Source: an uncultured Gemmatimonadales bacterium (GTDB lineage: Bacteria; Gemmatimonadota; Gemmatimonadetes; Gemmatimonadales; GWC2-71-9). From it: a DNA stretch of 64,000 bases. Below are positions 44,160 through 53,216 of the stretch, in pieces. The stretch spans positions 5,429-69,428 of the forward strand of contig CBFGTM010000013.1 in NCBI GenBank assembly GCA_965652025.1. Reading direction: 5' to 3'. The position numbers and the translations under genes are program-made. The notes under the pieces are model-generated. The model was not told the DNA's origin, did no database searches, and worked only from the letters and a program-made list of their open reading frames with translations. The stretch's first letter is position 1; each line of letters opens with the position of its first letter.

Positions 44160-44933
44160 CTACCTCTCGCGAAGCAGCCGGTCGGCTACATAGATCAGGA
44201 TCGCGGTGACCAGCAGAATGATGGTACTGATGGCGTTGATGCTGGGCTCCACGTTCCTCCGCACCATCCCATAGACCACAATGGGCAAGGTGGAGGACCC
44301 GGAGCCTGATACGAAGGAGGTGATCACGAAATCATCGAACGACATCGTGAAGGCCAGCAGCGCTCCCGCCAAAATCCCGGGCCAGAGCTGCGGGACGGTC
44401 ACCCTCCAGAAAGTGGTGATCTCGTCGGCTCCCAGAATCATCGCCGCCTCCTCCAGGTGCCGGTCCATTCCCTCGAGCCGGGCCAGCACCACGATGACCA
44501 CGAAGGAGATGCAGAAGGCCACGTGGGCAATGGTGATGGTGGTTACTCCCAGGGGAAACTTCAGCAGAGCAAACAGAATCAGCAGCGAGATGCCGACCAC
44601 GATCTCGGGTGTGACTACCGGCACGTACAAGAAACCTTCGAAAAGGCGGCGCCCGCGGAACCGGTGACGCGCGAGGGCGAGGGCAACCAGGGTACCGAAT
44701 ACCGCCGAGATTACCGTCGCGGCGACCCCCACGATCAGACTGATCCTTAGCCCCCGCAGAATGTCGGGGCGCTCCAGCAGCCGGTGATACCATTGCAGCG
44801 TAAACCCCCGCCAGTCGACCGAAAACTTGGAGTTGTTGAAGGAGAAGACCATCAACACCAGGATGGGAGCGTGGAGGAACAGGTACACCGCGCCGACAAC
44901 CGCGACCAGCCAGCCGGGGATCCGAAGGTTCAC
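44160..44933 (-). CDS. potC: polyamine ABC transporter permease (PotC-like)
   Basis: 257 aa with six TM segments and the EAA-loop LEEAAMILGA. Confidence 0.9.
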   Translation of the reverse strand: MNLRIPGWLVAVVGAVYLFLHAPILVLMVFSFNNSKFSVDWRGFTLQWYHRLLERPDILRGLRISLIVGVAATVISAVFGTLVALALARHRFRGRRLFEGFLYVPVVTPEIVVGISLLILFALLKFPLGVTTITIAHVAFCISFVVIVVLARLEGMDRHLEEAAMILGADEITTFWRVTVPQLWPGILAGALLAFTMSFDDFVITSFVSGSGSSTLPIVVYGMVRRNVEPSINAISTIILLVTAILIYVADRLLRER

Positions 44934-45814
44934 TTACTACTTCCTCCACCCGTCTGGTCTTTCACCCGCAGGTAGATCATGACCGCCGCCAGCACCAGCG
45001 CCATCACGATGAACGAGGCAGCCGATCCGAAGGGCCAGTTGCGAGCCGAGGAGAACTGGTTCTGAACCAGATTCCCTATCATCATCTGTTTGGCACCCCC
45101 CAGCAGGTCGGAGGTCAGGAACGACCCCAGCGCCGGGATGAACACCAGCAGGCAGCCTGCGACCACGCCCGGCATGGATAGGGGCAGGGTCACCCGGCGA
45201 AAGCGGGCCCGCGGCCGAGCCCCCAAGACTTCGGCGGCTTCGAGCAACGAGGGATCGAGTTTCTCCAGTGAGGCGTAAATAGGAAGGATCATGAAGGGCA
45301 GGAACCCATACACCAGCCCCACCATGACCGCAAACGGCGTGTAGAGGATGGTGAGCGTCTCATCGATCAACCCCAGCTTGAGCAGCCAGTTGTTGATCAG
45401 GCCGGTATCACGCATCAGGAAAATCATGGCGAAGGTCCGGACCAGAAAGCTGGTCCAGAACGGCAGGACCACGAGAAAGAGCAGCAGGTTTCGCCAGCGG
45501 CCGCCCCGAACGATCGCATAGGCCACGGGATAGCCCAGGACCAGGCAGATGATGGTACAGCCGATTGACCACAGGAAGGTGCGCTGGAGAACATCCAGGT
45601 AGAGCGGGTCGAAGAAGCGTGCGTAGTGCTCGAGGGTGAAACCGGGCTCCACGCCGCCGTAAATTCCCCGGGGCATGAAGCTGTACACCAGCATGATGAG
45701 GATGGGGATCAGAAAGAACAGGAACAACCAGAACCCGCCTGGTGCGAGCAGGGCCCAGGCCTGAGCCTCCGGCCTTCCATAGAGCCAGGCCAGCGCGCGC
45801 TCCCGCCCGCTCAC
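44930..45814 (-). CDS. potB: polyamine ABC transporter permease (PotB-like)
   Basis: EAA loop LLEAAEVLGA. I chose the GTG at 45814 because it forms a GTGA overlap with the potA stop. The track's start at 45883 would overlap potA by 73 nt. Confidence 0.88.
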   Translation of the reverse strand: MSGRERALAWLYGRPEAQAWALLAPGGFWLFLFFLIPILIMLVYSFMPRGIYGGVEPGFTLEHYARFFDPLYLDVLQRTFLWSIGCTIICLVLGYPVAYAIVRGGRWRNLLLFLVVLPFWTSFLVRTFAMIFLMRDTGLINNWLLKLGLIDETLTILYTPFAVMVGLVYGFLPFMILPIYASLEKLDPSLLEAAEVLGARPRARFRRVTLPLSMPGVVAGCLLVFIPALGSFLTSDLLGGAKQMMIGNLVQNQFSSARNWPFGSAASFIVMALVLAAVMIYLRVKDQTGGGSSK

Positions 45815-46938
45815 TGGTCCTCTTCCAGTATTTGGCAGTCCTCCGGGAGCCACGCCACGGCGGCGGTGTCTCCCTTCTTCCATTGCAGCGGCTTGATCAG
45901 CTGGCCCTCGTTCCGCAGAGCAACCGTCACATCACCCGCCCCGGGAACACTGACGATCACATGCATCGTCTCGCCGAGGTAGATGATGTCGCGAACGGTG
46001 CCGATGAGGGCGTTCTCGCCTGGCGGTACGGCGTCGGGCCGGAAGACGTCCATCCATTCGGGGCGCACTGCGATGCGGACGCTGCTGCCGTGACTGAGAC
46101 TGGGGTGACCCGGCACCTGAAAGGAACCCTCTCCGCTCTGCTGGACCCGGCACTGGCCACTGGATGACTCCACTACCCGTCCCTCGAAGAAGTTCGACTC
46201 GCCGATGAACTTCGCGACAAATGCGGTGCGCGGATTCTCGTAGATCTGGGCTGGTGTGCCCAGCTGAGCCACCCGGGCATTGTCCATGACCGCAATCCGG
46301 TCGGACATGGTAAGCGCTTCTTCTTGGTCGTGGGTGACATACACGAAGGTAGTCCCGAGCTGCTTGTTGAGGGCCTTGAGCTCGAGCTGCATCTCCTTTC
46401 GAAGCTTCAAGTCAATGGCCCCGAGCGGCTCGTCCAGCAGCAGGATGGCAGGCTCCAGCACCAGCGCCCGGGCAAGGGCCACCCGCTGGCGCTGGCCACC
46501 CGAGAGCTGACCCGGCATCCGGTTCAGAAAGACATCCGGCTTGAGCCGAACCATTTCGAGCGCACGCCGCACCCGATCACCGATCTCCGCTTTCGGCGCC
46601 TTACGCTGCTCCAAGCCAAAGGAAACGTTGCGCGCCACTGTCAGGTGGGGGAACAGGGCATAGTTCTGAAACACCATAGCGACCTGACGCTCGTACGGTC
46701 GCTTCTTGTTCACCGTTTGCCCCAGAAGCCGTACTTCTCCGCCGTCCTCATCGGGCTGCTCAAAGCCGGCGAGCAGGCGGAGGGTCGTCGTCTTGCCGCA
46801 GCCGGAGGGGCCCAGGATCGAAAAAAATTCGCCCCGGACAATGTCGAAGGAGACCTGATCGACCGCCTTGAGCTCCCCGAAGCTTTTGGAGACCTTCACT
46901 AGCTGCACCACGGGGTCCGCCTTCGGCCCAGCGGTCAC
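45811..46938 (-). CDS. potA: polyamine ABC transporter ATPase (PotA-like)
   Basis: Walker A GPSGCGKTT, signature LSGGQRQRV, Walker B LLLDEP, and a C-terminal TOBE-like domain. Confidence 0.95.
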   Translation of the reverse strand: MTAGPKADPVVQLVKVSKSFGELKAVDQVSFDIVRGEFFSILGPSGCGKTTTLRLLAGFEQPDEDGGEVRLLGQTVNKKRPYERQVAMVFQNYALFPHLTVARNVSFGLEQRKAPKAEIGDRVRRALEMVRLKPDVFLNRMPGQLSGGQRQRVALARALVLEPAILLLDEPLGAIDLKLRKEMQLELKALNKQLGTTFVYVTHDQEEALTMSDRIAVMDNARVAQLGTPAQIYENPRTAFVAKFIGESNFFEGRVVESSSGQCRVQQSGEGSFQVPGHPSLSHGSSVRIAVRPEWMDVFRPDAVPPGENALIGTVRDIIYLGETMHVIVSVPGAGDVTVALRNEGQLIKPLQWKKGDTAAVAWLPEDCQILEEDQ

Positions 46939-48287
46939 GGAAGCGCCGATTCAAGGGCGCTCTCCAGAACCGAGAGTCCTTCGTCGATGACATCGTCAGG
47001 GGTGGTGAGCGGGGCCAGCACCCGGACCGTGTTGCCGAAGGTGCCGGAGGAGAGCAGGATCAGACCCCGTTCCAGCGCCGCGGCCAAAATCCGGGTGACG
47101 GAGGACTTGTCGGGGGCTTTCGACCTACGGTCGAGGACCAACTCCATAGCCACCATGGCTCCCAGACCCCGGACATCGCCGATGGCGGGATACCGGACGG
47201 CCCACTGGCAGAAGCGGGAGCGAATGCGCTCTCCCATGAGGGCAGCCCGAGCCGGCAGACCTTCGGATTCCATCGCGTCGAGGACTGCCAAGGCGGCGGC
47301 GCACGCCAGGGGATTGCCGCCGTAGGTGCCGCCCAGCCCCCCGACATGGGGTGCGTCGAGCACCTCGGCTCGACCAGTGATAGCGGCCAGAGGGAGGCCG
47401 CCGGCCAGTGACTTGGCGGTGACTATGATGTCGGGCACCAGATCGTAGTGCTCGCTGGCGAAGAGCTTGCCCGTTCGGCCGAAGCCGGTCTGGATTTCGT
47501 CAGCGATGAACAGGATCCCGTGATCCCGCGCAAAACCGGCCAGCGCATTGACGTACTCCCGGGGTGCCGGTACGAAGCCGCCTTCTCCCAGTTGGAGCTC
47601 CATGATGATGGCGGCCACGGAATCGGGGTCCACCACCGACGCGAACATCTGTTCCAGGCGCTCCCGGCTGGCCAGGCAACAATTCCCTGCACCTCCGCCT
47701 TTCCCGGTCCCGGCTTCCCCGCATCTATAGCAATACGGATAGGGGATTCGGTACACCTCGGGAGCAAAGGGGCCGAATCCCTTCTTGTAGGGCATAGCCT
47801 TAGAGGTGAGTGCCAAAGCCAGGTTGGTCCGGCCGTGGAAACCGTGCTCGAAACACACGATGGCCTGCCGGCCAGTGTAATAGCGCGCCACCTTGATCGC
47901 ATTCTCCACCGCCTCGGCGCCACTGTTGACCAGGAAGGTGCGCTTGGGATGCTCCCCTGGGGTGATCTGGTTGAGCCGCTCGGCAAGCTCGACGTACGGC
48001 TCATAGCTCGATACCGGGAAGCACACGTGAGCGTACCGGTCCAGCTGTCGGCGCACCGCCTCCACCACCTCGGGATGACGGTGACCGGTGTTGACCACGC
48101 CGATTCCGCCGGCAAAATCGATCAGCCGGTTGCCGTCGGCATCGGTAACCACGGCGCCCTCGGCGTGCACGACTGCAATCGGCGTGACCGAGGGCACCCC
48201 GCGCGGCACTGCCTGGACCCGACGAGCCTGGAGAGCACGGCTCTTGGGGCCGGGGATCTCGGTCACGAGCTGGATGACGCCTGACAT
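46935..48287 (-). CDS. gabT: 4-aminobutyrate aminotransferase (class-III PLP)
   Basis: Start at the ATG at 48287 (MSGVIQLVTEIPGPKS). GFHGRT, FIADEIQTGFGRTGKLF and PDIIVTAKSLAGG. 4-nt overlap with potA. Confidence 0.9.
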   Translation of the reverse strand: MSGVIQLVTEIPGPKSRALQARRVQAVPRGVPSVTPIAVVHAEGAVVTDADGNRLIDFAGGIGVVNTGHRHPEVVEAVRRQLDRYAHVCFPVSSYEPYVELAERLNQITPGEHPKRTFLVNSGAEAVENAIKVARYYTGRQAIVCFEHGFHGRTNLALALTSKAMPYKKGFGPFAPEVYRIPYPYCYRCGEAGTGKGGGAGNCCLASRERLEQMFASVVDPDSVAAIIMELQLGEGGFVPAPREYVNALAGFARDHGILFIADEIQTGFGRTGKLFASEHYDLVPDIIVTAKSLAGGLPLAAITGRAEVLDAPHVGGLGGTYGGNPLACAAALAVLDAMESEGLPARAALMGERIRSRFCQWAVRYPAIGDVRGLGAMVAMELVLDRRSKAPDKSSVTRILAAALERGLILLSSGTFGNTVRVLAPLTTPDDVIDEGLSVLESALESALP

Positions 48288-48735
48288 GGGGAGCCCCGGA
48301 GGAAAGAAAGAGTGAAGATGTACGAGCGCTGGCTTGCTTCCGCCACCCCTGGGCCCGTGAAGAGCCACCGAGTACCATCGGGCTGCCCCGCCGAGTGCAT
48401 AAACATGCAGCAGGACCTATGATTGCAGTGGGATAACGCCTTCTCTCTCACTAAGTTCGTCTCTTACATACAGATGCGGCCAATTTCGTCGGCCAGTGGC
48501 AGGTGACAAGGGGGCTAGACAAGGGGTGGGGGGGCGGAGCTACTATGGCTGAGTACCGGCTTCCCTGGAGGCGGGTACGTTTGCATCCTCCGACCAAGCG
48601 GAGGGTCCACTCTCACAGCTGACCATCTCCTTGAGCTGTGAGCCCCCATCAGCGGCGGGGGCGAGGTTTCGCAGGCGACAGGGCTCGCCGACGGGGCCAG
48701 ACCGAGTGCCGCGCCAACAATGAAAAGAGGAGTTT

Positions 48736-49977
48736 GTGAAAGTCCTGGTGCTGGGCGCCGGCGCGGTGGGGACCGTGTCCGCCCTAAAATTCGTCAAGGA
48801 AGCGGTGCTCGAGAAACTCGTCATCGCCGACGCGGTGTCCGCCCGCGCCTTCCTCCTAGCGGACCGGCTCAACGATCCACGGGTCTCGGCAATCGAGCTG
48901 GATGCCGGTGACCAGGCCGCAGTTGCCCACGCACTTCGTCAAACCGGCAGTACCGTGATCCTGAACGCGGCGCTTCCCGCCACCAATCTGGATGTTATGC
49001 GTGCCAGCCTCGATGCCGGCGCGGATTACATCGATCTGGCCAGCGGGGGGACTGACGCGGATGGCATCCCCAAGATGGATGACCAGTTCGCGCTGGACGC
49101 CGAGTTCAAGGCGGCCGGCCGGCTTGCCCTGCTGGGAATGGGAGCCGACCCCGGCACTACCAACGTCTATGCCGCCTTTGCGGCGAAACACCTGCTCGAC
49201 GTCGTGACCGAACTGCGAGTTCGCGACGGCGACAATGCCGTGTGCCATGGGCACGATGGGTTCATCGCGCCGTTCAGCCCATGGGTCATGATCGACGAGT
49301 GTCTCTGCAAGGCCGTCTCCTACCGGGACGGGCGGTACCAGCTGGAGGAGCCCCTCACCGGTCTGGAGCAGTTCGATTTCCCGGAGCTGGGTGTGCTCAA
49401 CTGCTATTACGTCGACCATGAGGAGAGCAAGACACTTCCCCGATTCTTCCCCACTGCGCGGACCATCGATTTCAAGCTGTGCATGGCGGACAGCACCGTG
49501 GAAACGCTGCGGGTAATCAAGCGGCTTGGCCTGTCGAGCAAGAAACGGGTGCTGGTCGGCAATCATTCCATTGCCCCTCGCGATCTGGTGGTTTCACTCC
49601 TGCCACAGCCCAAGGATCTGGCTGGACGCATGCACGGAAAGACCTGTGTGGGTACCCTGGCCCGGGGATATAGGAACGGAGAGTTCCGGGCGTACTACAT
49701 CTATAATGTGAGCGATCACGAGGCCGCCTTCCGCGAGCTTGGCGTTCAGGCTACAGCGTACCAGACCGGCATCCCACCGGTCATTGCCGCCCGCCTGATC
49801 AGCAATGGCACGTGGCGCGGAGCTGGGGTGATGTCGCCGGAGCAATTCGACCCCGACCCCTTCCTGCGCTGTCTGGCGCAGGAAGGAATGCCCTGGCGCG
49901 TTCGGGACGATACCCTCAGGCTGGGTGCGCCCCGGGTCTCCACCCGCCCCTCGCGAGAGACGGTGGCAGCGGCGTAG
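48736..49977 (+). CDS. saccharopine-dehydrogenase-family NAD(P)-binding enzyme
   Basis: GTG start preceded by AAAAGAGGAG. MKVLVLGAGAVGTV is a Rossmann motif. 413 aa, a typical length for Sacchrp_dh / carboxy(nor)spermidine-dehydrogenase-like proteins. Confidence 0.8.
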   Translation: MKVLVLGAGAVGTVSALKFVKEAVLEKLVIADAVSARAFLLADRLNDPRVSAIELDAGDQAAVAHALRQTGSTVILNAALPATNLDVMRASLDAGADYIDLASGGTDADGIPKMDDQFALDAEFKAAGRLALLGMGADPGTTNVYAAFAAKHLLDVVTELRVRDGDNAVCHGHDGFIAPFSPWVMIDECLCKAVSYRDGRYQLEEPLTGLEQFDFPELGVLNCYYVDHEESKTLPRFFPTARTIDFKLCMADSTVETLRVIKRLGLSSKKRVLVGNHSIAPRDLVVSLLPQPKDLAGRMHGKTCVGTLARGYRNGEFRAYYIYNVSDHEAAFRELGVQATAYQTGIPPVIAARLISNGTWRGAGVMSPEQFDPDPFLRCLAQEGMPWRVRDDTLRLGAPRVSTRPSRETVAAA

Positions 49978-50094
49978 ACCGCAGGGCAATCTTCGGGAGG
50001 ACAGCACGGAGGGCACGGCCGGTTCCGGTGCCCTCTGTGCATTTGTGGTATCTTCTCAGCTATCGACCGAACAAATGGCGTACGGGAGGAGCCG

Positions 50095-51594
50095 ATGACC
50101 AGCACGGCAAGCGCTCCGGGAAAGAGCCGGAAATCGCAGATAACCCCTTATCAGATGTATATCGACGGGAAGTTCGTGGACGCCGCCAGCGGCAAGACCT
50201 TCGAGGTATTCGATCCGGCCACGGAGCAGGTAATCGCCACCTGTCCGGCCGGTGATGCCAAGGATATTGACGGCGCGGTTCGGGCAGCGACCAAGGCGTT
50301 TTACGACGGGTGGAAGAATGTGACGGCCCAGGAGCGGGGGCGGGTCCTCCTGCGCTTGGCGGAGCGGATTCGTGCCCGCCGGGCGGAACTGGCCGAGCTG
50401 GAGACCCGGAACTCGGGCAAGCCGATCGTAGAGTCCGAGTACGACATGGACGATACGGCAACCTGCTTCGAGTACTATGGTGGGCTCGCCACCAAGATCA
50501 ATGGCGAAGTGCTACCGGTGCCGGCGGAGGCGGTGGCGTTTGCCATGCGGGAGCCGGTCGGGGTGGCGGGACAAATCATTCCCTGGAACTACCCCATCAT
50601 GATGGCGGCCTGGAAAATCGCCCCGGCACTCGCGGCCGGATGTACGGTTGTTCTCAAGCCGGCAGAGCAGACCCCGCTCTCCATCCTGGCCCTGGCCCGG
50701 GACTTCGAGTCGGTCGGCATACCTCCAGGGGTGGTGAATATCGTCACCGGCGATGGGCCCTCGGCGGGGGCTCCCCTGGTGACTCATCCCGGCGTCAGGA
50801 AGATCGCATTCACCGGGAGCGCCGAAGTCGGCAAGCTCATCATGCGCAATGCGGCCGACCAGCTCAAGCGGGTTTCTCTGGAGCTGGGCGGCAAGTCACC
50901 CAACATTTTTTTCAGCGACGCCGATTTCGAGAACGCGGTCGATGGCGCGCTGTTTGGCACCTTCATCAATCAGGGAGAGGTCTGCTCGGCAGGAAGCCGG
51001 GTCCTGGTGCAGCGGGACATTTATAAGAAGTTCATCGACGCCACCGCTGCCAAGGCCAAGACCATCAAGCTGGGCAACGGGCTCGACCGGGAAACCAAGA
51101 TGGGACCGCTGGTCAGCGCCGAGCAGCGCGACCGGGTGGCAGGGTACCTCGAGGTCGGCCGGGGCGAGGGCAAGGTCGCGGTGGGCGGCGGCCGGCCCAA
51201 GGAGTTCGACAAGGGCTGGTACGTAGAGCCGACCATCTTCTACGATGTGGACAATTCGGCCAAGATTGCCCAGGAGGAGATCTTCGGTCCGGTCATGACC
51301 GTGATTCCCTTCTCCGATGAGGCCGAGGCCATCCGGATCGCCAATGCAACGCCGTACGGCTTGGCTGCCGCGGTCTGGACCCGGGACATCTTCAAGGCAT
51401 TTCGGGTGGTGAAGGCATTGGAAGCCGGAATCGTCTGGGTCAACCACATGCAGCCTACTTTTGTCGAGGCCCCCTGGGGCGGCTACAAGGCCTCTGGATT
51501 TGGCCGCGAGCTAGGACACTGGGCGGTGGAAGAGTATCTCGAGACCAAGCAGGTCTTCATCAATCTCGACGAGAAGCCGATCGGCTGGTATTAG
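50095..51594 (+). CDS. NAD-dependent aldehyde dehydrogenase (aminobutyraldehyde/betaine-aldehyde type)
   Basis: 499 aa. Catalytic motifs ELGGKSP and GEVCSAGSR, plus FTGS..VG. Confidence 0.95.
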   Translation: MTSTASAPGKSRKSQITPYQMYIDGKFVDAASGKTFEVFDPATEQVIATCPAGDAKDIDGAVRAATKAFYDGWKNVTAQERGRVLLRLAERIRARRAELAELETRNSGKPIVESEYDMDDTATCFEYYGGLATKINGEVLPVPAEAVAFAMREPVGVAGQIIPWNYPIMMAAWKIAPALAAGCTVVLKPAEQTPLSILALARDFESVGIPPGVVNIVTGDGPSAGAPLVTHPGVRKIAFTGSAEVGKLIMRNAADQLKRVSLELGGKSPNIFFSDADFENAVDGALFGTFINQGEVCSAGSRVLVQRDIYKKFIDATAAKAKTIKLGNGLDRETKMGPLVSAEQRDRVAGYLEVGRGEGKVAVGGGRPKEFDKGWYVEPTIFYDVDNSAKIAQEEIFGPVMTVIPFSDEAEAIRIANATPYGLAAAVWTRDIFKAFRVVKALEAGIVWVNHMQPTFVEAPWGGYKASGFGRELGHWAVEEYLETKQVFINLDEKPIGWY

Positions 51595-51706
51595 AGAAAG
51601 TGAAAAGTCAAAAGTGAAAAGTGAAAAAAGGGAACTATGAGGCGAGAGCGACCTCCCATTTCCACTCTTCACTTTTCACTATTCCCTTTTCACCCTTCAT
51701 TCCCCA
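51595..51706. repeat. GTGAAAAG-type inverted-repeat element (third copy of the family)
   Basis: The left arm is gaaagtgaaaagtcaaaagtgaaaagtgaaaaaaggg. The right arm is ttccactcttcacttttcactattcccttttcaccc. A 12-bp perfect core forms between gtgaaaagtgaa (51614-51625) and ttcacttttcac (51668-51679). The element starts right after the ALDH stop. Confidence 0.5.
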
Positions 51707-51899
51707 CTAGTTGCACTCGCGCAACGACGAGTCGCCACTAGCCCTTCTGCAAATCCTGGCAGCACAGCGATAGTCCGTTGTTCCGCAAACAGTTCGGCGC
51801 ACTCGCGCCGGGCATGAAGCTCGCACTTCCCCCGACCGACATCGACCACCACCAAGCAAGAATCTGCACCGGCAGCCACCCGGTTCCTCGAACCCGCGC

Positions 51900-53216
51900 G
51901 TGATGGAAGACCTGCTGGGCCGGCCACCGGTGACTCTGGATCTCAGCGCGGTTCGCGCCGATCTGGAAAACCGGGTGATTCTTCTGACGGGGGCGGCAGG
52001 CTCGATCGGGTCCGAGCTGGCGCGGCAAATCGCTCCATTCAAGCCCGCTCGGCTGGTGCTCCTGGATCGGTCGGAGAGCGATCTCTACTTCCTGCATCTG
52101 GAGTTGCGGGAGGCGCATCCGGGACTGGATCTGGTACCGATCCTCTGCGACATCACCAATCAGACGCGGCTGTCCCAGGTCTGCGCCCAGCACCGGCCCC
52201 AGTACGTAATCCATGCCGCGGCGTATAAGCACGTGCCGTTGATGGAGACCAACGTGCTCGAGGCAGTGCGCAACAACGTCTTGGGAACCCTGCTCGTTGC
52301 CACGACGGCAGTACGCTATGGGGCCGCCAAGCTTCTGCTGATCTCTACCGACAAGGCGATCCGCCCCTCCAACGTCATGGGGGCATCCAAACGAGTGGCG
52401 GAACGAATCATCTTCGGCCTGCCCAACCTCCACCGCGCCGGCACCGACTTCCGGGCGGTCCGGTTCGGGAACGTACTGGCCTCCAAGGGCAGCGTCATTC
52501 CGCTCTTCGAGCGGCAGCTCGCGGCGGGAGGCCCCATCACCGTGACCCACCCGATGGTGACGCGCTACTTCATGACCATTCCCGAGGCGGGGCAACTGGT
52601 CCTCCAGGCCGGCGCGTTGCCCGAAACGGTCGGCGCCATTGCCGCGCTGGAGATAGGGGAGCCGGTTCGGATTCTGAATCTGGCGGAGAAACTCATTCGG
52701 TTGTCTGGCCAAGTTCCCGGCAGGGACGTCCAGATCGTCTTCACCGGGCTTCGACCGGGAGAAAAGCTCAATGAAGATCAGGTCTCGGCGCCGGAGGCGG
52801 CCGTTCCGACTTCGGCCGAAAAGATCCGGATCAGCCACCCTCAGGAAAACGCCGGACCGGAACTGGTCCAGGGGCTCGCCCGACTATTCACCTATCTCGA
52901 AGCCGGTGACCAGGAGGGCTCGCGTACGACTCTATGCGAGCTGGTACCGGAGTGCGTGCCCCCGTTACGGCAGTTCGAATACCCCTCTGCTCCTCTGGCC
53001 GAGAACCACCGAAGCGCAGCCTGGGCCAGCCTGGTCATCCCACGGGAGACCGGCTGGCGCGAGCGTCGCCGCGACGCGCCGCCCACTGCCGAGCTGCCTG
53101 ACCCTCTCGACCGGCGCGGAAGCGTTGCATGCCGCCGAAAGACCCCGCGCGTAGGTGGCCGTCGGCGAACTGACATGGGAGTGCTTCTGGCGAACGGAAC
53201 GAGAGCCCTTTCATGA
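51900..53216 (+). CDS. CapD/PglF/WbpM-type NDP-sugar 4,6-dehydratase, lacking the usual N-terminal membrane domain
   Basis: MEDLLGRPPV linker, then LLTGAAGSIGSEL (Rossmann), AAYKHVP (YxxxK) and STDKA. Upstream in frame there is a stop at 51771-51773 and no coding-like sequence. Confidence 0.85.
   Translation: MMEDLLGRPPVTLDLSAVRADLENRVILLTGAAGSIGSELARQIAPFKPARLVLLDRSESDLYFLHLELREAHPGLDLVPILCDITNQTRLSQVCAQHRPQYVIHAAAYKHVPLMETNVLEAVRNNVLGTLLVATTAVRYGAAKLLLISTDKAIRPSNVMGASKRVAERIIFGLPNLHRAGTDFRAVRFGNVLASKGSVIPLFERQLAAGGPITVTHPMVTRYFMTIPEAGQLVLQAGALPETVGAIAALEIGEPVRILNLAEKLIRLSGQVPGRDVQIVFTGLRPGEKLNEDQVSAPEAAVPTSAEKIRISHPQENAGPELVQGLARLFTYLEAGDQEGSRTTLCELVPECVPPLRQFEYPSAPLAENHRSAAWASLVIPRETGWRERRRDAPPTAELPDPLDRRGSVACRRKTPRVGGRRRTDMGVLLANGTRALS

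Noticed and set aside
45815-45883. Upstream extension of potB (also 21670-21759 for ogt, 22435-22533 for csp, 48288-48368 for gabT, 59399-59521 for DUF885 and 61848-61898 for hemH)
   Set aside because: The extensions overlap neighbouring genes or lack family-like sequence. Internal starts give canonical N-termini, signal peptides, overlaps or Shine-Dalgarno-like sequences.
48555-48580. Sigma54-type promoter (GG-N10-GC) upstream of the saccharopine-dehydrogenase-like gene (ggcgggtacgtttgca)
   Set aside because: When TTGC is aligned, the GG dinucleotide falls one position off the required spacing and the TGGCAC half is poorly matched.
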